58,244 nt of DNA from a virus (IMGVR_UViG_3300025896_000032:1-58244), one strand, 5' to 3'; positions 39,977 through 49,512 are shown, counted from the stretch's first letter. Made by a program: numbers and translations. Notes: generated from the letters alone by a model not told the origin.

Positions 39977-40243
39977 TTAGTCCCTAGGATCCAGAAGGAT
40001 ATGCTCTGGATTATCGGCCTTAACCTCGGGCTCTTCACGAGGAATATTAAGCAGGCTAGTGATGGCCAACTCATACCCTTCCCGCATCTTGGCCTGAGCC
40101 GCAATCGTATGCATGTCTGCGGTGCTACTGGCGTATTCCGGGGTGCGAGCCCTCATGACCTCAATGATGGCCTTCATGGTGGATCCATCCAAGATCTTCA
40201 GGGCATCGGCCTTAAAGCCGTCATCAAGCGAGTCTTTGCTCAT
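39977..40243 (-). CDS. Small hypothetical protein after the portal
   Basis: 88 aa; position typical of podophages. Confidence 0.7.
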   Translation of the reverse strand: MSKDSLDDGFKADALKILDGSTMKAIIEVMRARTPEYASSTADMHTIAAQAKMREGYELAITSLLNIPREEPEVKADNPEHILLDPRD

Positions 40244-40246
40244 AAA

Positions 40247-42673
40247 TTACTCAACCCCGGGCGGGCGGTAGTAGGCGCGTTTCTGTCGGTCCTCGATCTG
40301 GTCGGGTGACATCTGACCGGCTTCACGGGCCAGTGCGGTCTGAACGGCCTCAACATCTGGCCCTTCCGGGCTTACTCCGGACTCTGGGGACTGCGCTGGC
40401 GCCTGAACTCCCGCTCCAATGCCTCCCGGGATCGGAGGGGTACCTTGGGCCGCAGCAGCAAGTGTTTCAGGGGACGCACCAAGGGAAACGAGTTCGTTTT
40501 GGATTTTCGCCTGCTGTGCGACTTGAACGGCTTGGGCGTATTGAACTTTGAACCGCTTGTAGAACTCATTCATTTCCTTGAATTGCTGGTTCTGGCTCGG
40601 ATTACCTTGAGCGAGATAGCCAGCAAGATGCTCGGCAAAGTGGTTAATCAACAGCTCGGTAGGCTTTGCCGCCTGATCAAACGTTTCTAGACTGCTAAGG
40701 GATTGACCCGCCTTTTGCAGCATCTGCATGCAGACCTGACCGTGGATAAGGTGGTTGTCACGAGGAGAAACCGGTACAGGGATCTGTAGCGATTTCATGC
40801 TGGTGACTTCGGAGATCTGCATGCGTACCGCTTCAGCAGTGATGGTCTGGTCAGCGCCGGGGATAACAAGGGCCTTGGCGGCATCAGGACCGGCAAGGGC
40901 CTCTACGCCACGTTGCGTCAGGACCACCTGATCAACGTTGGGGTTATTGGCGTACATCTTTGCCACGGCTAGGATGCCTTGGGCTACGATGGCGTCATCC
41001 GTATGGGCGTAACCGGTGGATGGGGCGGAACGAAGAATTTTGATCTCCTGCTCCGTCATTCCATCGATCATCATGTTGACCAAGGTTCTAATCGGAACCT
41101 TGGACTCATCGTTGCTATCCCCAATGAGCTTATTGATCGTGTTAGACAGCTTATCGGCTCCGTCTTCTTGCCTGACCATCTGCTGGGTCAATTCCTTGAA
41201 GAACTTGGTGGCCTCATCGATGTTTTCGTCGGTAAAAGCTCGTTCCTGCATGATCTGAACCATTTCCATGAACTGGTTGAACCAGCGGGCTTCGGTGATG
41301 TCAGAACTCTCCTGTTCGCGCTTGGCGTCTTGGGATGCCTCAGTGGCGGTTACCGGCTGACCCTGAGCATTGGGGTTAGCGGTGATGTACGCACCGGCGG
41401 CTTGCTCCATGTAGTTGAGCAGGCGTTGATCAAGGGCGGCGTACATGTCGCCATCCGCAGCGAAACGCTGTTGGTCGACATCGATGCTCTTATCGATCAC
41501 GACAAACGGAGCGTGTACCACTGGTTGCAGCTTGTTCCTCGCGGCTGAGTCAGCCTTGAGGATAACGAGCGAGGACATGTTGATGTTATCAACCATCCGG
41601 TTTCGGATGCGCTCCGCAATGCGTACGTTGCCGATGATCATTCGGCCGATGCCCTTAGAGGAATGGAGATGCCCATTACCGGGCTGAAGGGAAAAGAGCG
41701 TTACGACATCGTCAAAGTTATCGTAGATCTTTTCCGCAAAGCGCAGCAACTTGCCGTTATCGCGCAGCATGATCCAGAACGACACCTTGCCATCGTATTC
41801 ACGATTCCAGAGCAAGTAAGTCTTAACGACGCGAGGGCCGGAAACCGAATAGGTGAGGCCAAGTACGCCATCGGAAATGAACTCCGCAAACTTGCGGAAT
41901 TCGGTCACCGCCATGTCCTCTCGCGGGTTCTTGATCTCAGACTTGTTGGCGGCTTCGATGCAATTAGGGATGTTGAAGCCCATCTCTTCCGCAGCCTTTT
42001 CATCGCGAAACAAGTCGATGAATTCATTCAGCAGGTAGTCCTGCTTGATGACGAAAAACTGAAGCTCATCAGAGTACTGCGATGCTTCATCAGGAACGTA
42101 GGCAACGTCCTGCTTGAACATGCGTGGCGTCCAAGTGTACGGGTCTAGAAATACGGCATACGCATAGCCATGGAGCACGTCTTCCTTGGCGAGGGCGGAA
42201 ACAAAGCTCGGGTACTTCTTCCACCCCTGAATCATGCGCGTGGTGTGGATATCGAACAGGTCGCTCTTTTGCTTCCAATTGGGCCAAGTAGTCGGAAGGG
42301 ACGAACGGGTCAGGTAGACCTGAGATTGGATGGCGTTGATGAACCGCAACGTCTTGCGGTCGGTGATGCCGGCAAGGATGCCTGTGTTGGTGTTCGACTG
42401 CCAGCTATTGGCTTTCTCGATCTGATCGGATTGCGAGAACGGGGCCTGACCCGTGTACTCCAGCTCCATCATCGTGGCTCGCTGGGAACGGGTTTTGTTG
42501 GCTGATTCCGTGGATTTGCAGAGATTCCAAGCTTGGTCAGTAGTGCGTACTGAACGCGCCTCCAGATCGAGCTTATCCCCCTTCATGGGCGGCGCCTCAA
42601 TCGTGACCACCCCGGAGGTCATCGGGTACTTATTTGCCGGCAGGGTGGTGTCTTGTGGGGCGGTGGATGCCAT
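40247..42673 (-). CDS. Portal protein
   Basis: 808 aa downstream of TerL; HSSKGIG, TATEA, PRDNH..H and a Q/A-rich tail. Confidence 0.8.
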   Translation of the reverse strand: MASTAPQDTTLPANKYPMTSGVVTIEAPPMKGDKLDLEARSVRTTDQAWNLCKSTESANKTRSQRATMMELEYTGQAPFSQSDQIEKANSWQSNTNTGILAGITDRKTLRFINAIQSQVYLTRSSLPTTWPNWKQKSDLFDIHTTRMIQGWKKYPSFVSALAKEDVLHGYAYAVFLDPYTWTPRMFKQDVAYVPDEASQYSDELQFFVIKQDYLLNEFIDLFRDEKAAEEMGFNIPNCIEAANKSEIKNPREDMAVTEFRKFAEFISDGVLGLTYSVSGPRVVKTYLLWNREYDGKVSFWIMLRDNGKLLRFAEKIYDNFDDVVTLFSLQPGNGHLHSSKGIGRMIIGNVRIAERIRNRMVDNINMSSLVILKADSAARNKLQPVVHAPFVVIDKSIDVDQQRFAADGDMYAALDQRLLNYMEQAAGAYITANPNAQGQPVTATEASQDAKREQESSDITEARWFNQFMEMVQIMQERAFTDENIDEATKFFKELTQQMVRQEDGADKLSNTINKLIGDSNDESKVPIRTLVNMMIDGMTEQEIKILRSAPSTGYAHTDDAIVAQGILAVAKMYANNPNVDQVVLTQRGVEALAGPDAAKALVIPGADQTITAEAVRMQISEVTSMKSLQIPVPVSPRDNHLIHGQVCMQMLQKAGQSLSSLETFDQAAKPTELLINHFAEHLAGYLAQGNPSQNQQFKEMNEFYKRFKVQYAQAVQVAQQAKIQNELVSLGASPETLAAAAQGTPPIPGGIGAGVQAPAQSPESGVSPEGPDVEAVQTALAREAGQMSPDQIEDRQKRAYYRPPGVE

Positions 42674-42680
42674 ATGAGCT

Positions 42681-42710
42681 AATATACCAAAGAGTTATCG
42701 TCTAGGCCAA
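42681..42710 (-). promoter_or_regulatory. sigma70-like promoter, leaderless geometry
   Basis: TTGGCC-18nt-(TG.)TATATT-7nt-ATG. Confidence 0.6.
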
Positions 42711-42937
42711 CGGTTGATCGGGCATTCTTCCGTAACTAGCAATGCCTTACTTGCTATGTAACAAGTGCAAAGCCTGCACTGGCTATTGTCTTCTAGGTAC
42801 ATGCAAGACCGGCATGCCGACATCCTTGCGTCTACTTCAAGGTCGGAAACGAAGATCTCACCCTGAGTCCACCACATCTTAATCGAGCGGTAAATAGCCT
42901 TAGCAAATCGGAATGGTGATCTCCAACTAATCTTCAT
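42695..42937 (-). CDS. Cys-rich small protein (DUF6171-like)
   Basis: R...CRSC...CRLCTC...K......CP..RW. Confidence 0.7.
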   Translation of the reverse strand: MKISWRSPFRFAKAIYRSIKMWWTQGEIFVSDLEVDARMSACRSCMYLEDNSQCRLCTCYIASKALLVTEECPINRWPRR

Positions 42938-43281
42938 GCAACGATCTCGAAATCAACCAAATATGTCAGGCCTTTTTGGCTGCAAACCGCAAAATCACCA
43001 TACGATACAACCAAGCCCTTTTTGACCAAAGTATCGAAATCGTCCTTGGAGACGGCGTTGGTCTTGCAAACGACCACAAACTTTGAGAGCACGACAAAGA
43101 GCTGGGCCATTGGGTTGGCGGTGTTGGATTGCTTGGGCTCATCTGGCGCACCCTTCCAAGGAATGGCTTTTATGGGTTCAGCGTCTTTCATAGCGGATTC
43201 TCCCACCGGGATAGGGGGGAGTGCTGGCTGGACGAGTTGCTCAAGACCAGATGTCGCCCCGCCGGCTCGTCTTGGGATCAT
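42934..43281 (-). CDS. Hypothetical protein
   Basis: ATGA-coupled on both sides. Confidence 0.6.
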   Translation of the reverse strand: MIPRRAGGATSGLEQLVQPALPPIPVGESAMKDAEPIKAIPWKGAPDEPKQSNTANPMAQLFVVLSKFVVVCKTNAVSKDDFDTLVKKGLVVSYGDFAVCSQKGLTYLVDFEIVA

Positions 43282-43574
43282 AGCTTGAAGTCCCCGACCT
43301 TGAAGACGTGCTTGTTGCCTAGCTGAACGATTGGTACGTTGACCGCCCATTCGCCCTTAACCTGCGGCTCGGTGCCGTCCTCGTTGGAAACGAAATGCGA
43401 AAACACTACCTTGCCGCTTCGGCTTTCGATGCCTTCCTTGTCTAGCACGCCAATAGTCACGAAGTAGTTTTTCTTACCCTCGACGTATTCGTGGGGGATT
43501 CTAGAGGCTAAGGCGCTTGCATCCGATTGGGTGACAACCAGCACTGGAGTCAAAATAACATCCGGTCGTTTCAT
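43278..43574 (-). CDS. Hypothetical protein
   Basis: ATGA-coupled. Confidence 0.65.
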   Translation of the reverse strand: MKRPDVILTPVLVVTQSDASALASRIPHEYVEGKKNYFVTIGVLDKEGIESRSGKVVFSHFVSNEDGTEPQVKGEWAVNVPIVQLGNKHVFKVGDFKL

Positions 43575-43843
43575 ATTGTTTCTTTTCTGACCTTAATGCC
43601 GCCAGTTTCTTGGTTGAATTTATCCAATGCCATTTGCGCCGCTTTGCCGTGGGTCGCTGGATTGGGAAGCTCGTATCGCTTGCCGTTTTTCCACACAATC
43701 TTCAAGTGACCCCTAATGGGCTTACGGTCCCTGAAGATGTCGTCGTAGTTATCGAGAAATAACTGGCTATTCTTGTTCTTGGAACCTTCACGGCTCCAAG
43801 AATCATGAGTAAGACCGAGTCGCTTAGGACTGGGAATTTTCAT
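43571..43843 (-). CDS. Hypothetical protein
   Basis: In operon; FLDNYDDIF motif. Confidence 0.65.
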   Translation of the reverse strand: MKIPSPKRLGLTHDSWSREGSKNKNSQLFLDNYDDIFRDRKPIRGHLKIVWKNGKRYELPNPATHGKAAQMALDKFNQETGGIKVRKETI

Positions 43844-44039
43844 CGTAGCTGGACAAGGGTTTCATGGACGAGCGCTTGGGCTTGAAGGCCTTGGTGACTG
43901 GCTTGTTCTTCTGGGAACCCTTGGGGCTAACTCGATCCGGAAGCTTCTTTGCGCTAGGCGTCATGGAAGACATCTCCTGACCAACTTTGGGGGCCTGAGA
44001 GAACAGATAACGGGCTTGGGCTTTTGATTTCAGTGGCAT
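43824..44039 (-). CDS. Small basic phage protein
   Basis: MPLKSKAQARYLF...KKLPDRV. Confidence 0.7.
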   Translation of the reverse strand: MPLKSKAQARYLFSQAPKVGQEMSSMTPSAKKLPDRVSPKGSQKNKPVTKAFKPKRSSMKPLSSYDENSQS

Positions 44040-44044
44040 GTGAT

Positions 44045-44635
44045 TTATTCGGTTGAGTTCTGTATCCAGCAGTTTTGTGGCAGTCTAGAAAGCTGGTCAT
44101 CCGTCAGGCGAAGATCCGCCACCAGCATATGAACTGCCGTCTTATTATCGAAGCCATTGATCGAGCAGCCTACCAGACCATCGTCAAGCGCAATTTTCCT
44201 CAACTGACGGATCCGGGCTGAAATTGCGTCGGTGGATTTCATGCAAGCGCCACAGTCGCTTCTCCATGGTTTGTTGAACGGACAGCTGATGCATGTCACG
44301 CAGCGCGATTCAGACGTTTTCTGGTCGACTAGGTCATACCCGCCAAAAGGTTGATCTCGCAACGTCCGGGCCGTCCATCCATTGACCAGCTTGAGCATGC
44401 TGCTTCTGCCATCACCGGACCTCTCGTGGGTTTCAGGAACGCAAAAGTGAGGCCACGTCTTGCAGAAGTAACGGTCCACGTCCTTTTCCGGTGACCCTAT
44501 CGGCTCCCCGTTCTGGGTGCGCCAGTCCATGATGTCCTTTATCAGGGCGGTATATGTGGGCGATTTTAGTATGACCCCATTGGCAACTTGAAAGTGAAAA
44601 CCTCCCGGCGGAATCATTCCTTGGTTCAGTTTCAT
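44045..44635 (-). CDS. Cys-rich hypothetical protein
   Basis: PPGGFHF; RCVTCISCPFN, CGAC and a terminal CW. Confidence 0.75.
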   Translation of the reverse strand: MKLNQGMIPPGGFHFQVANGVILKSPTYTALIKDIMDWRTQNGEPIGSPEKDVDRYFCKTWPHFCVPETHERSGDGRSSMLKLVNGWTARTLRDQPFGGYDLVDQKTSESRCVTCISCPFNKPWRSDCGACMKSTDAISARIRQLRKIALDDGLVGCSINGFDNKTAVHMLVADLRLTDDQLSRLPQNCWIQNSTE

Positions 44636-44637
44636 GG

Positions 44638-46623
44638 CTAATCCTTATTCGGGTTTAATCCCTCGGGCAATTTGTTATTGAACCCCATATCGAGGTCTTT
44701 GCCCATCTTCATGGCGAAAACACCGGGGTTCTGGTAGATGCTGGGCTCTTCCTGTAATTCGTCGGTATCCGGGCTCTTGGGGCGGATTGCCATCGCAATA
44801 CGGGCGCACTGAATGAGCATCGTAAACGCATCAGCACGGTCAGGGGACTTGTTCCCGCGAGACTTGTAGAGGTCTTTGCTCTCCACCTGAAGGAGCTTTC
44901 CCTTGCCGCTGGGAGAACCGCCCTTGCGCTCCACTAGCTCTTGGATGGTTTCGGTATCAACGCCGGCACCGATCTTGATGTATCCGTACTCAAAGAATCT
45001 ACCGGTGGCGTACCAGATCTCGGATCGTATGCCGTCGTACAGCTCGACAGGGGTCTTGGTGTCCTCTTCGCACACCGCCACATCCGTAGCTTTCTCGGAA
45101 TAGTGGATGCCCATGATGGCTACCGCTTCTGCGGCCCGGGAACCCGTTACCCCTACGACCTTTGCTCCCCATTGGCGCCTGATGTTGTCGTGTACGCCCT
45201 GACCGTTACCGGTGCGGTCAATGGCGAAGTGGTGGGGAACTACATCGAGAACCTTAAGGCGCGACATGACCTCATCCGCCAAGTCTTGGGTGTCCCCTCT
45301 TGGCAGAATGCCCACAGTATCGATTTGTAGCCTGATTCCCGGCTGTTCAAGCTCATGGCGCTCACCATCACTACCCTTCCAAGCCACAGCGTGCCCTGCG
45401 CGTCCCGTTGCCATGGATGGCATGTCCCCGGTGAAGGCTGGATCGACCGCAGCGACCGTGAATACACCACCGTCAAAGATCCATTCGCCGTATGAGTTGT
45501 CCACCCAGTGCTTTTGGACGATGCAGGCCTTATTCCCACGGGGCGGAAACATGCCGTAAACCTCACTCCACATCATGGGGTGCTCGGGATCCCCTGAATA
45601 CTGCTTCAGCTTCATCTTGTACCCGTTCCAAGTGAAGAACCGCTTGAAGACATCCTTCCGGTGGATGACGTTTTCCGACTTCATGGCGTTCAGGCGCACG
45701 CAATGCCAACCCGTGGTGGATTCCCAGACGTCGGTATTGGACATCATGGTCTGAATATCCTCAAGGCCTTGCTCCGGAATGCAGTTCTTGCCGTATTCCG
45801 AGAATATGTCCTTCGGATTAGCGGCCATCACGATCTTCGTGTGCTCGGTATCCCCTTCCTCCATGGACGAATAGAGGTTAGGGATTTCGTCAAAGGCGTT
45901 GGGCGGCACTTCTTGGGCCTCATCGATCAACAATCGGGATCTGGAGGACGTTCCGAATAGGGGGTGTGGCGGGCGCGGTTTGATCTTAGCACCCTTGATG
46001 GCGCCACGGGCCTCATGGCCACGGGCAATTGTCAGGATGAAGATCCCCATGCCGCCCCGTTTGCCGTTTTCCGTAGCGATTGACTCGCTGTCGGCCTTAC
46101 CCGGGAGGGGTATTACCGAGTTTTGGTACAGGCGCTGCATGTCGCCGAAGAGATTCTTCTTAACGTGCTCCTCCTTCGTAGACATGACACGCACAAGCGT
46201 CCAGTCGGGGTCCATCACCCAGTCCAAGAGCATCCAAGCGGACGCCGAGTAGGTCTTACCCATTGATGCGGCACCCAGAATGTTCACCAAGTGATGATTC
46301 TTGATGCCCTCCCACACCATTCGCACTGAACGGGGCTCATGCGTGAAGGTTTCTTCTCCCCAGAGCAAGGTTGCGGCGGATTCGTAGTCCCGGCGCATCA
46401 AAAACATCTTCAGATACGTCTGAGCGATGCTGTAGAGGTCGTTTTCGGTCTGGAGCTGGATCGGGCGCTCACTTTTTGACAATATCTTGACGAATTCCGA
46501 GTCTTGAAGAACCAAGTATACAGCGTCCGTCAAATCTTTGAATCTTTCTGGGTTGTGCGTGTCTTTTGCTCTCTCCAGAAGGGCATTTATCGCCGAAAGG
46601 GACGCTTTTAGGTCCGGGGTCAT
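44638..46623 (-). CDS. terL: Terminase large subunit
   Basis: GAASMGKT, LLIDEA, ANP, AVDPA, IDRTGNG and SPDRADA motifs. Confidence 0.92.
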   Translation of the reverse strand: MTPDLKASLSAINALLERAKDTHNPERFKDLTDAVYLVLQDSEFVKILSKSERPIQLQTENDLYSIAQTYLKMFLMRRDYESAATLLWGEETFTHEPRSVRMVWEGIKNHHLVNILGAASMGKTYSASAWMLLDWVMDPDWTLVRVMSTKEEHVKKNLFGDMQRLYQNSVIPLPGKADSESIATENGKRGGMGIFILTIARGHEARGAIKGAKIKPRPPHPLFGTSSRSRLLIDEAQEVPPNAFDEIPNLYSSMEEGDTEHTKIVMAANPKDIFSEYGKNCIPEQGLEDIQTMMSNTDVWESTTGWHCVRLNAMKSENVIHRKDVFKRFFTWNGYKMKLKQYSGDPEHPMMWSEVYGMFPPRGNKACIVQKHWVDNSYGEWIFDGGVFTVAAVDPAFTGDMPSMATGRAGHAVAWKGSDGERHELEQPGIRLQIDTVGILPRGDTQDLADEVMSRLKVLDVVPHHFAIDRTGNGQGVHDNIRRQWGAKVVGVTGSRAAEAVAIMGIHYSEKATDVAVCEEDTKTPVELYDGIRSEIWYATGRFFEYGYIKIGAGVDTETIQELVERKGGSPSGKGKLLQVESKDLYKSRGNKSPDRADAFTMLIQCARIAMAIRPKSPDTDELQEEPSIYQNPGVFAMKMGKDLDMGFNNKLPEGLNPNKD

Positions 46624-46865
46624 TACTGATCGTCCCGGTTGCTTGGCTTGCGACCCCTTCCGCCCTCTTTCCATGCACGGAATCCAGTTTTTTCGCGAGC
46701 CCTCTTAGTTTCAGACTTCTGACACTTGTCGCAACGTTGAGAATAGTGGTTCCGGGGCGACCCACAGCGAACGCACAGTCCCGCAGCCAGTCGAGCAATC
46801 TGCCAGCGGCGTTGGCGAGAGAGTTCAGGAGGCGCTTCCGGTACCTTTTCATCGGTCTTACTCAT
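46623..46865 (-). CDS. Zn-finger protein
   Basis: CVRCG...CDKC; TAATG-coupled to terL. Confidence 0.7.
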   Translation of the reverse strand: MSKTDEKVPEAPPELSRQRRWQIARLAAGLCVRCGSPRNHYSQRCDKCQKSETKRAREKTGFRAWKEGGRGRKPSNRDDQ

Positions 46866-47556
46866 TCGCGTTCATAGGTTTCAACTCTTCGACGCGCTTC
46901 AGGGAATCGTCTCCCTTACCTTGCTGTATGTTTAACAGTAGCACGTTCAGTTTGCTCAATTTCGACAGGTCTTCTGCGGCTCCAGTGATGCCGTTGCCTT
47001 TCTGGCTCAACACCAGACCTATGCCTTGAGCCCCAGCCGACATTTTCATGAAACCATCCATGGCTTGGTTGAGCAGGAAGGTCTTGTCCTCAATCAACTT
47101 GGATCTTTTGGGGCGGTTTTTGACGTTGCCGTGGTCATCCTTGGTCAGTTCGTCGTCAGGGACCATCATTGGATCAAGAGGCATCTCGGCAATCTTCTCT
47201 ATTACCTCCAAATATACCTTGGAAGCGCGTGTGACGGCTTCATCTGCGGCCAAGACGATGCGCTCGTCTACCTGCTTGGCGATATTGATGCGCCGTTCGT
47301 TTTGACTGACGGCCTGAACGCTTACGCTATTGGCCCGAAGGCCTTCCCATCCCTTTTCCTGAGCGTGCCGGGTGAGCAATACCGGGGAGATTCTCAGATC
47401 GCGAGCAACCTGTACCAGCGTTGGTCGCCGGGGGTCGTTCATGTACACGTCAAACGCATCTCCAAACACTTCGGAATTAGGTTTCCGGATCCGGGCTCTT
47501 GGATTTATTGAATCTGACGGACTTTCGATCTGGTTTATTTCGGTCATATCGGTCAT
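46858..47556 (-). CDS. terS: Terminase small subunit (putative)
   Basis: HTH TLVQVARDLRIS....GW followed by helices; upstream of terL. Confidence 0.6.
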   Translation of the reverse strand: MTDMTEINQIESPSDSINPRARIRKPNSEVFGDAFDVYMNDPRRPTLVQVARDLRISPVLLTRHAQEKGWEGLRANSVSVQAVSQNERRINIAKQVDERIVLAADEAVTRASKVYLEVIEKIAEMPLDPMMVPDDELTKDDHGNVKNRPKRSKLIEDKTFLLNQAMDGFMKMSAGAQGIGLVLSQKGNGITGAAEDLSKLSKLNVLLLNIQQGKGDDSLKRVEELKPMNANE

Positions 47557-48334
47557 CTAGCTTATCAGCGGCAGCAGATAGAGTGTCTCGCATCCAGTCA
47601 AGCACACTAATGCCTGATTGTTTCGCAACATATTCGTACTGTTTGAGTCGCGGAGCCGGTATCCTAAGCTTGAATCTGCACCGCCTGCCGTAATCTAGGT
47701 AGGCATAGTAAAGTCTCTGGAGCCTGAAGAACTGGTTGCCGCAACTATTGACACGCATCTTGTGCAGCTCTGCTGCATCCGCCATGTTCATGCCTCCCCG
47801 GACGGATTCGTACACCGGCAGGTACCTCTTCCCCATCTTGTCGCGCCATCGCTTTAGCCCGATGTACCGGTTCAGGTCATTGCTCAAGTGCGCTGCACGC
47901 TTGTTGTATTCCGTGATCGAGTATCGCGGGGCCTTCGGGGGCTTTGGGAATCTTTCCTTCTTGGGGCGCATATCCGCTCCCATTCGCTTTAGCACCTTGA
48001 CGATGGTGAGGGGCGATGAACGCACGGCCTTGGAAATGGCATACACGGACATCTTATCGCCCTCATACATCTGGTAAATGTCGTAGGGGGTGACGTGATG
48101 CATGCCCACGACGGACAGCAGGGGGTCCTCATCGGCCTTGGTGATACCGATACGTTGGGCGATTTTTTCTACCGCAGCCTTGCTGATGGGTAGTCCCTCA
48201 TGAGCCACCCGCATTGGGATGCCGGAACGCAACCGCGCCATGACCTCATCCCGGCATTCACTGACCCTCTTGATATCCCGGTAATGGATGACGAACTGGT
48301 AGTTCCGGCAGACCGGCCCCGGCGGCTGATTCAT
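47477..48334 (-). CDS. Multi-HTH plus C-terminal RHH DNA-binding protein
   Basis: Three HTH-like segments and FKLRIP...AKQSGISVLDWMR. Confidence 0.65.
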   Translation of the reverse strand: MNQPPGPVCRNYQFVIHYRDIKRVSECRDEVMARLRSGIPMRVAHEGLPISKAAVEKIAQRIGITKADEDPLLSVVGMHHVTPYDIYQMYEGDKMSVYAISKAVRSSPLTIVKVLKRMGADMRPKKERFPKPPKAPRYSITEYNKRAAHLSNDLNRYIGLKRWRDKMGKRYLPVYESVRGGMNMADAAELHKMRVNSCGNQFFRLQRLYYAYLDYGRRCRFKLRIPAPRLKQYEYVAKQSGISVLDWMRDTLSAAADKLDDRYDRNKPDRKSVRFNKSKSPDPET

Positions 48335-48406
48335 GGGGTAAAACGTGCCTTCCGGCGTCGGGCGCTGTCAAACACAATAATCATTGGCTAGGCGCCGTAA
48401 AATTGG

Positions 48407-48435
48407 TTGCATGTCATGCCTAATACCCATACCAC
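48407..48435 (+). promoter_or_regulatory. Possible leaderless-type promoter
   Basis: TTGCAT-17nt-TACCAC-6nt-ATG. Confidence 0.45.
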
Positions 48436-48441
48436 CAGCCC

Positions 48442-49053
48442 ATGGTTTACGTTAGCCACCTGTTCCGCTGGCAATTCCTTAACCCAAAGAATGTCAGCGC
48501 CGTGCATGGCTTTGAGCATGACTACATCTGGTCGCGTTGCTGGTCGGATGTGAGCTGGCAGGAGGTCTCTGACGTGATGTACAAGATCCGTGGCGTGCAG
48601 ACCCAATGGCGTCAGGATGGCAACAGCCTGCCCTACTACCTGATCAGCCCCAAGAATCGCCGTGAGGCCTTCCGTCTGGGGGCGCAGCTCAAGGACTGGG
48701 ACAATCCGCAGCTCCTCCCCGATACCAAACCCATCTATGTCGAAAATGTCCGCAACCCCACGAAAACCCAAAAAGCCAAACGCCAAAGGTGCGAGGCCGA
48801 GAATCTCGCCTACCAGCACGAAACGAGCGGCGGCACTTTCTCGGTACTCCTACCTGAGGAAGCTCTACTTGCAGCAACACCCCCAATGCGAAGCCCCCGC
48901 AAAGCTGCCAACCCACCACCTGTGCTCCCGGCGGGCGACCCAGATCCATCACAAGAAGCGGCGCGGACCGAACCTGTGCAATGTGGAGAGCTTCATGGCG
49001 GTGTGCCACCAGTGCCACCATTGGATCGAGACCCACGCGAATGTATGCCGTGA
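48442..49053 (+). CDS. Hypothetical protein; C-terminal half overlaps the HNH gene
   Basis: First ~100 aa look globular and show typical codon use. Confidence 0.6.
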   Translation: MVYVSHLFRWQFLNPKNVSAVHGFEHDYIWSRCWSDVSWQEVSDVMYKIRGVQTQWRQDGNSLPYYLISPKNRREAFRLGAQLKDWDNPQLLPDTKPIYVENVRNPTKTQKAKRQRCEAENLAYQHETSGGTFSVLLPEEALLAATPPMRSPRKAANPPPVLPAGDPDPSQEAARTEPVQCGELHGGVPPVPPLDRDPRECMP

Positions 49054-49120
49054 AGTGGGGGTGATCGATACCCAGCGTGAGGCGCGGATCGGGACGGCAT
49101 GGCTCTTGAGCCAGCAATAG
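48746..49120 (+). CDS. HNH endonuclease
   Basis: HPQCE...C..RATQIHH...N.....AVCHQCH; start at 48737 or 48746. Confidence 0.85.
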   Translation: MSATPRKPKKPNAKGARPRISPTSTKRAAALSRYSYLRKLYLQQHPQCEAPAKLPTHHLCSRRATQIHHKKRRGPNLCNVESFMAVCHQCHHWIETHANVCREVGVIDTQREARIGTAWLLSQQ

Positions 49121-49169
49121 CCAAAACAATATTGGTACCAGATAATAACGAGTGGGGGGCAGTTGGTAT

Positions 49170-49218
49170 TGCCCATCACTGTCTTGCCCATCACTGTAGT
49201 GCCCGTCACTGTCGTGCC
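49170..49218. repeat. 15-bp tandem repeat, about 3.3 copies
   Basis: TGCCCATCACTGTCT / TGCCCATCACTGTAG / TGCCCGTCACTGTCG / TGCC. Confidence 0.85.
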
Positions 49219-49256
49219 TATTATGTTTGGTGAACGGGGTGTGGCTGTGTGGTTGA

Positions 49257-49313
49257 GGGGGGCCGGGGGGCGGGGGGAGGGGACCCGGGGGTAGGGGGGT
49301 GCCGGGGGGTGGG
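49257..49313 (+). other. G-run tract (G-quadruplex-capable), possible genome end or pac region
   Basis: Eight runs of 3-6 G within 57 nt of non-coding DNA. Confidence 0.7.
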
Positions 49314-49460
49314 TGCCTCGCTCTTCCGTAGCAGGGCAAGCAATAGCAGTGCAGGGTAGGAAGCAGGAAGGCCCGGCAAGGCCCTTCCTTTGCCCGTGGT
49401 GGGCTTTCGATTTCGAGTTCGGGTATTGGGTGCGGTTGAATTGGTTCGGCCCGTGTGGAC

Positions 49461-49495
49461 AAAAGAAAGCCCCGGCCCGGTTAAGGGTCGGGGCT
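49461..49495 (-). terminator. Intrinsic terminator
   Basis: AGCCCCG...CGGGGCT stem followed by TTCTTTT on the - strand. Confidence 0.75.
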
Positions 49496-49512
49496 GAGGA
49501 TCCTGCCGGCTC

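Noticed and set aside
48689-49462. 257-aa Pro-rich - strand ORF
   Set aside because: Arises from the G tract and is antisense to the HNH gene
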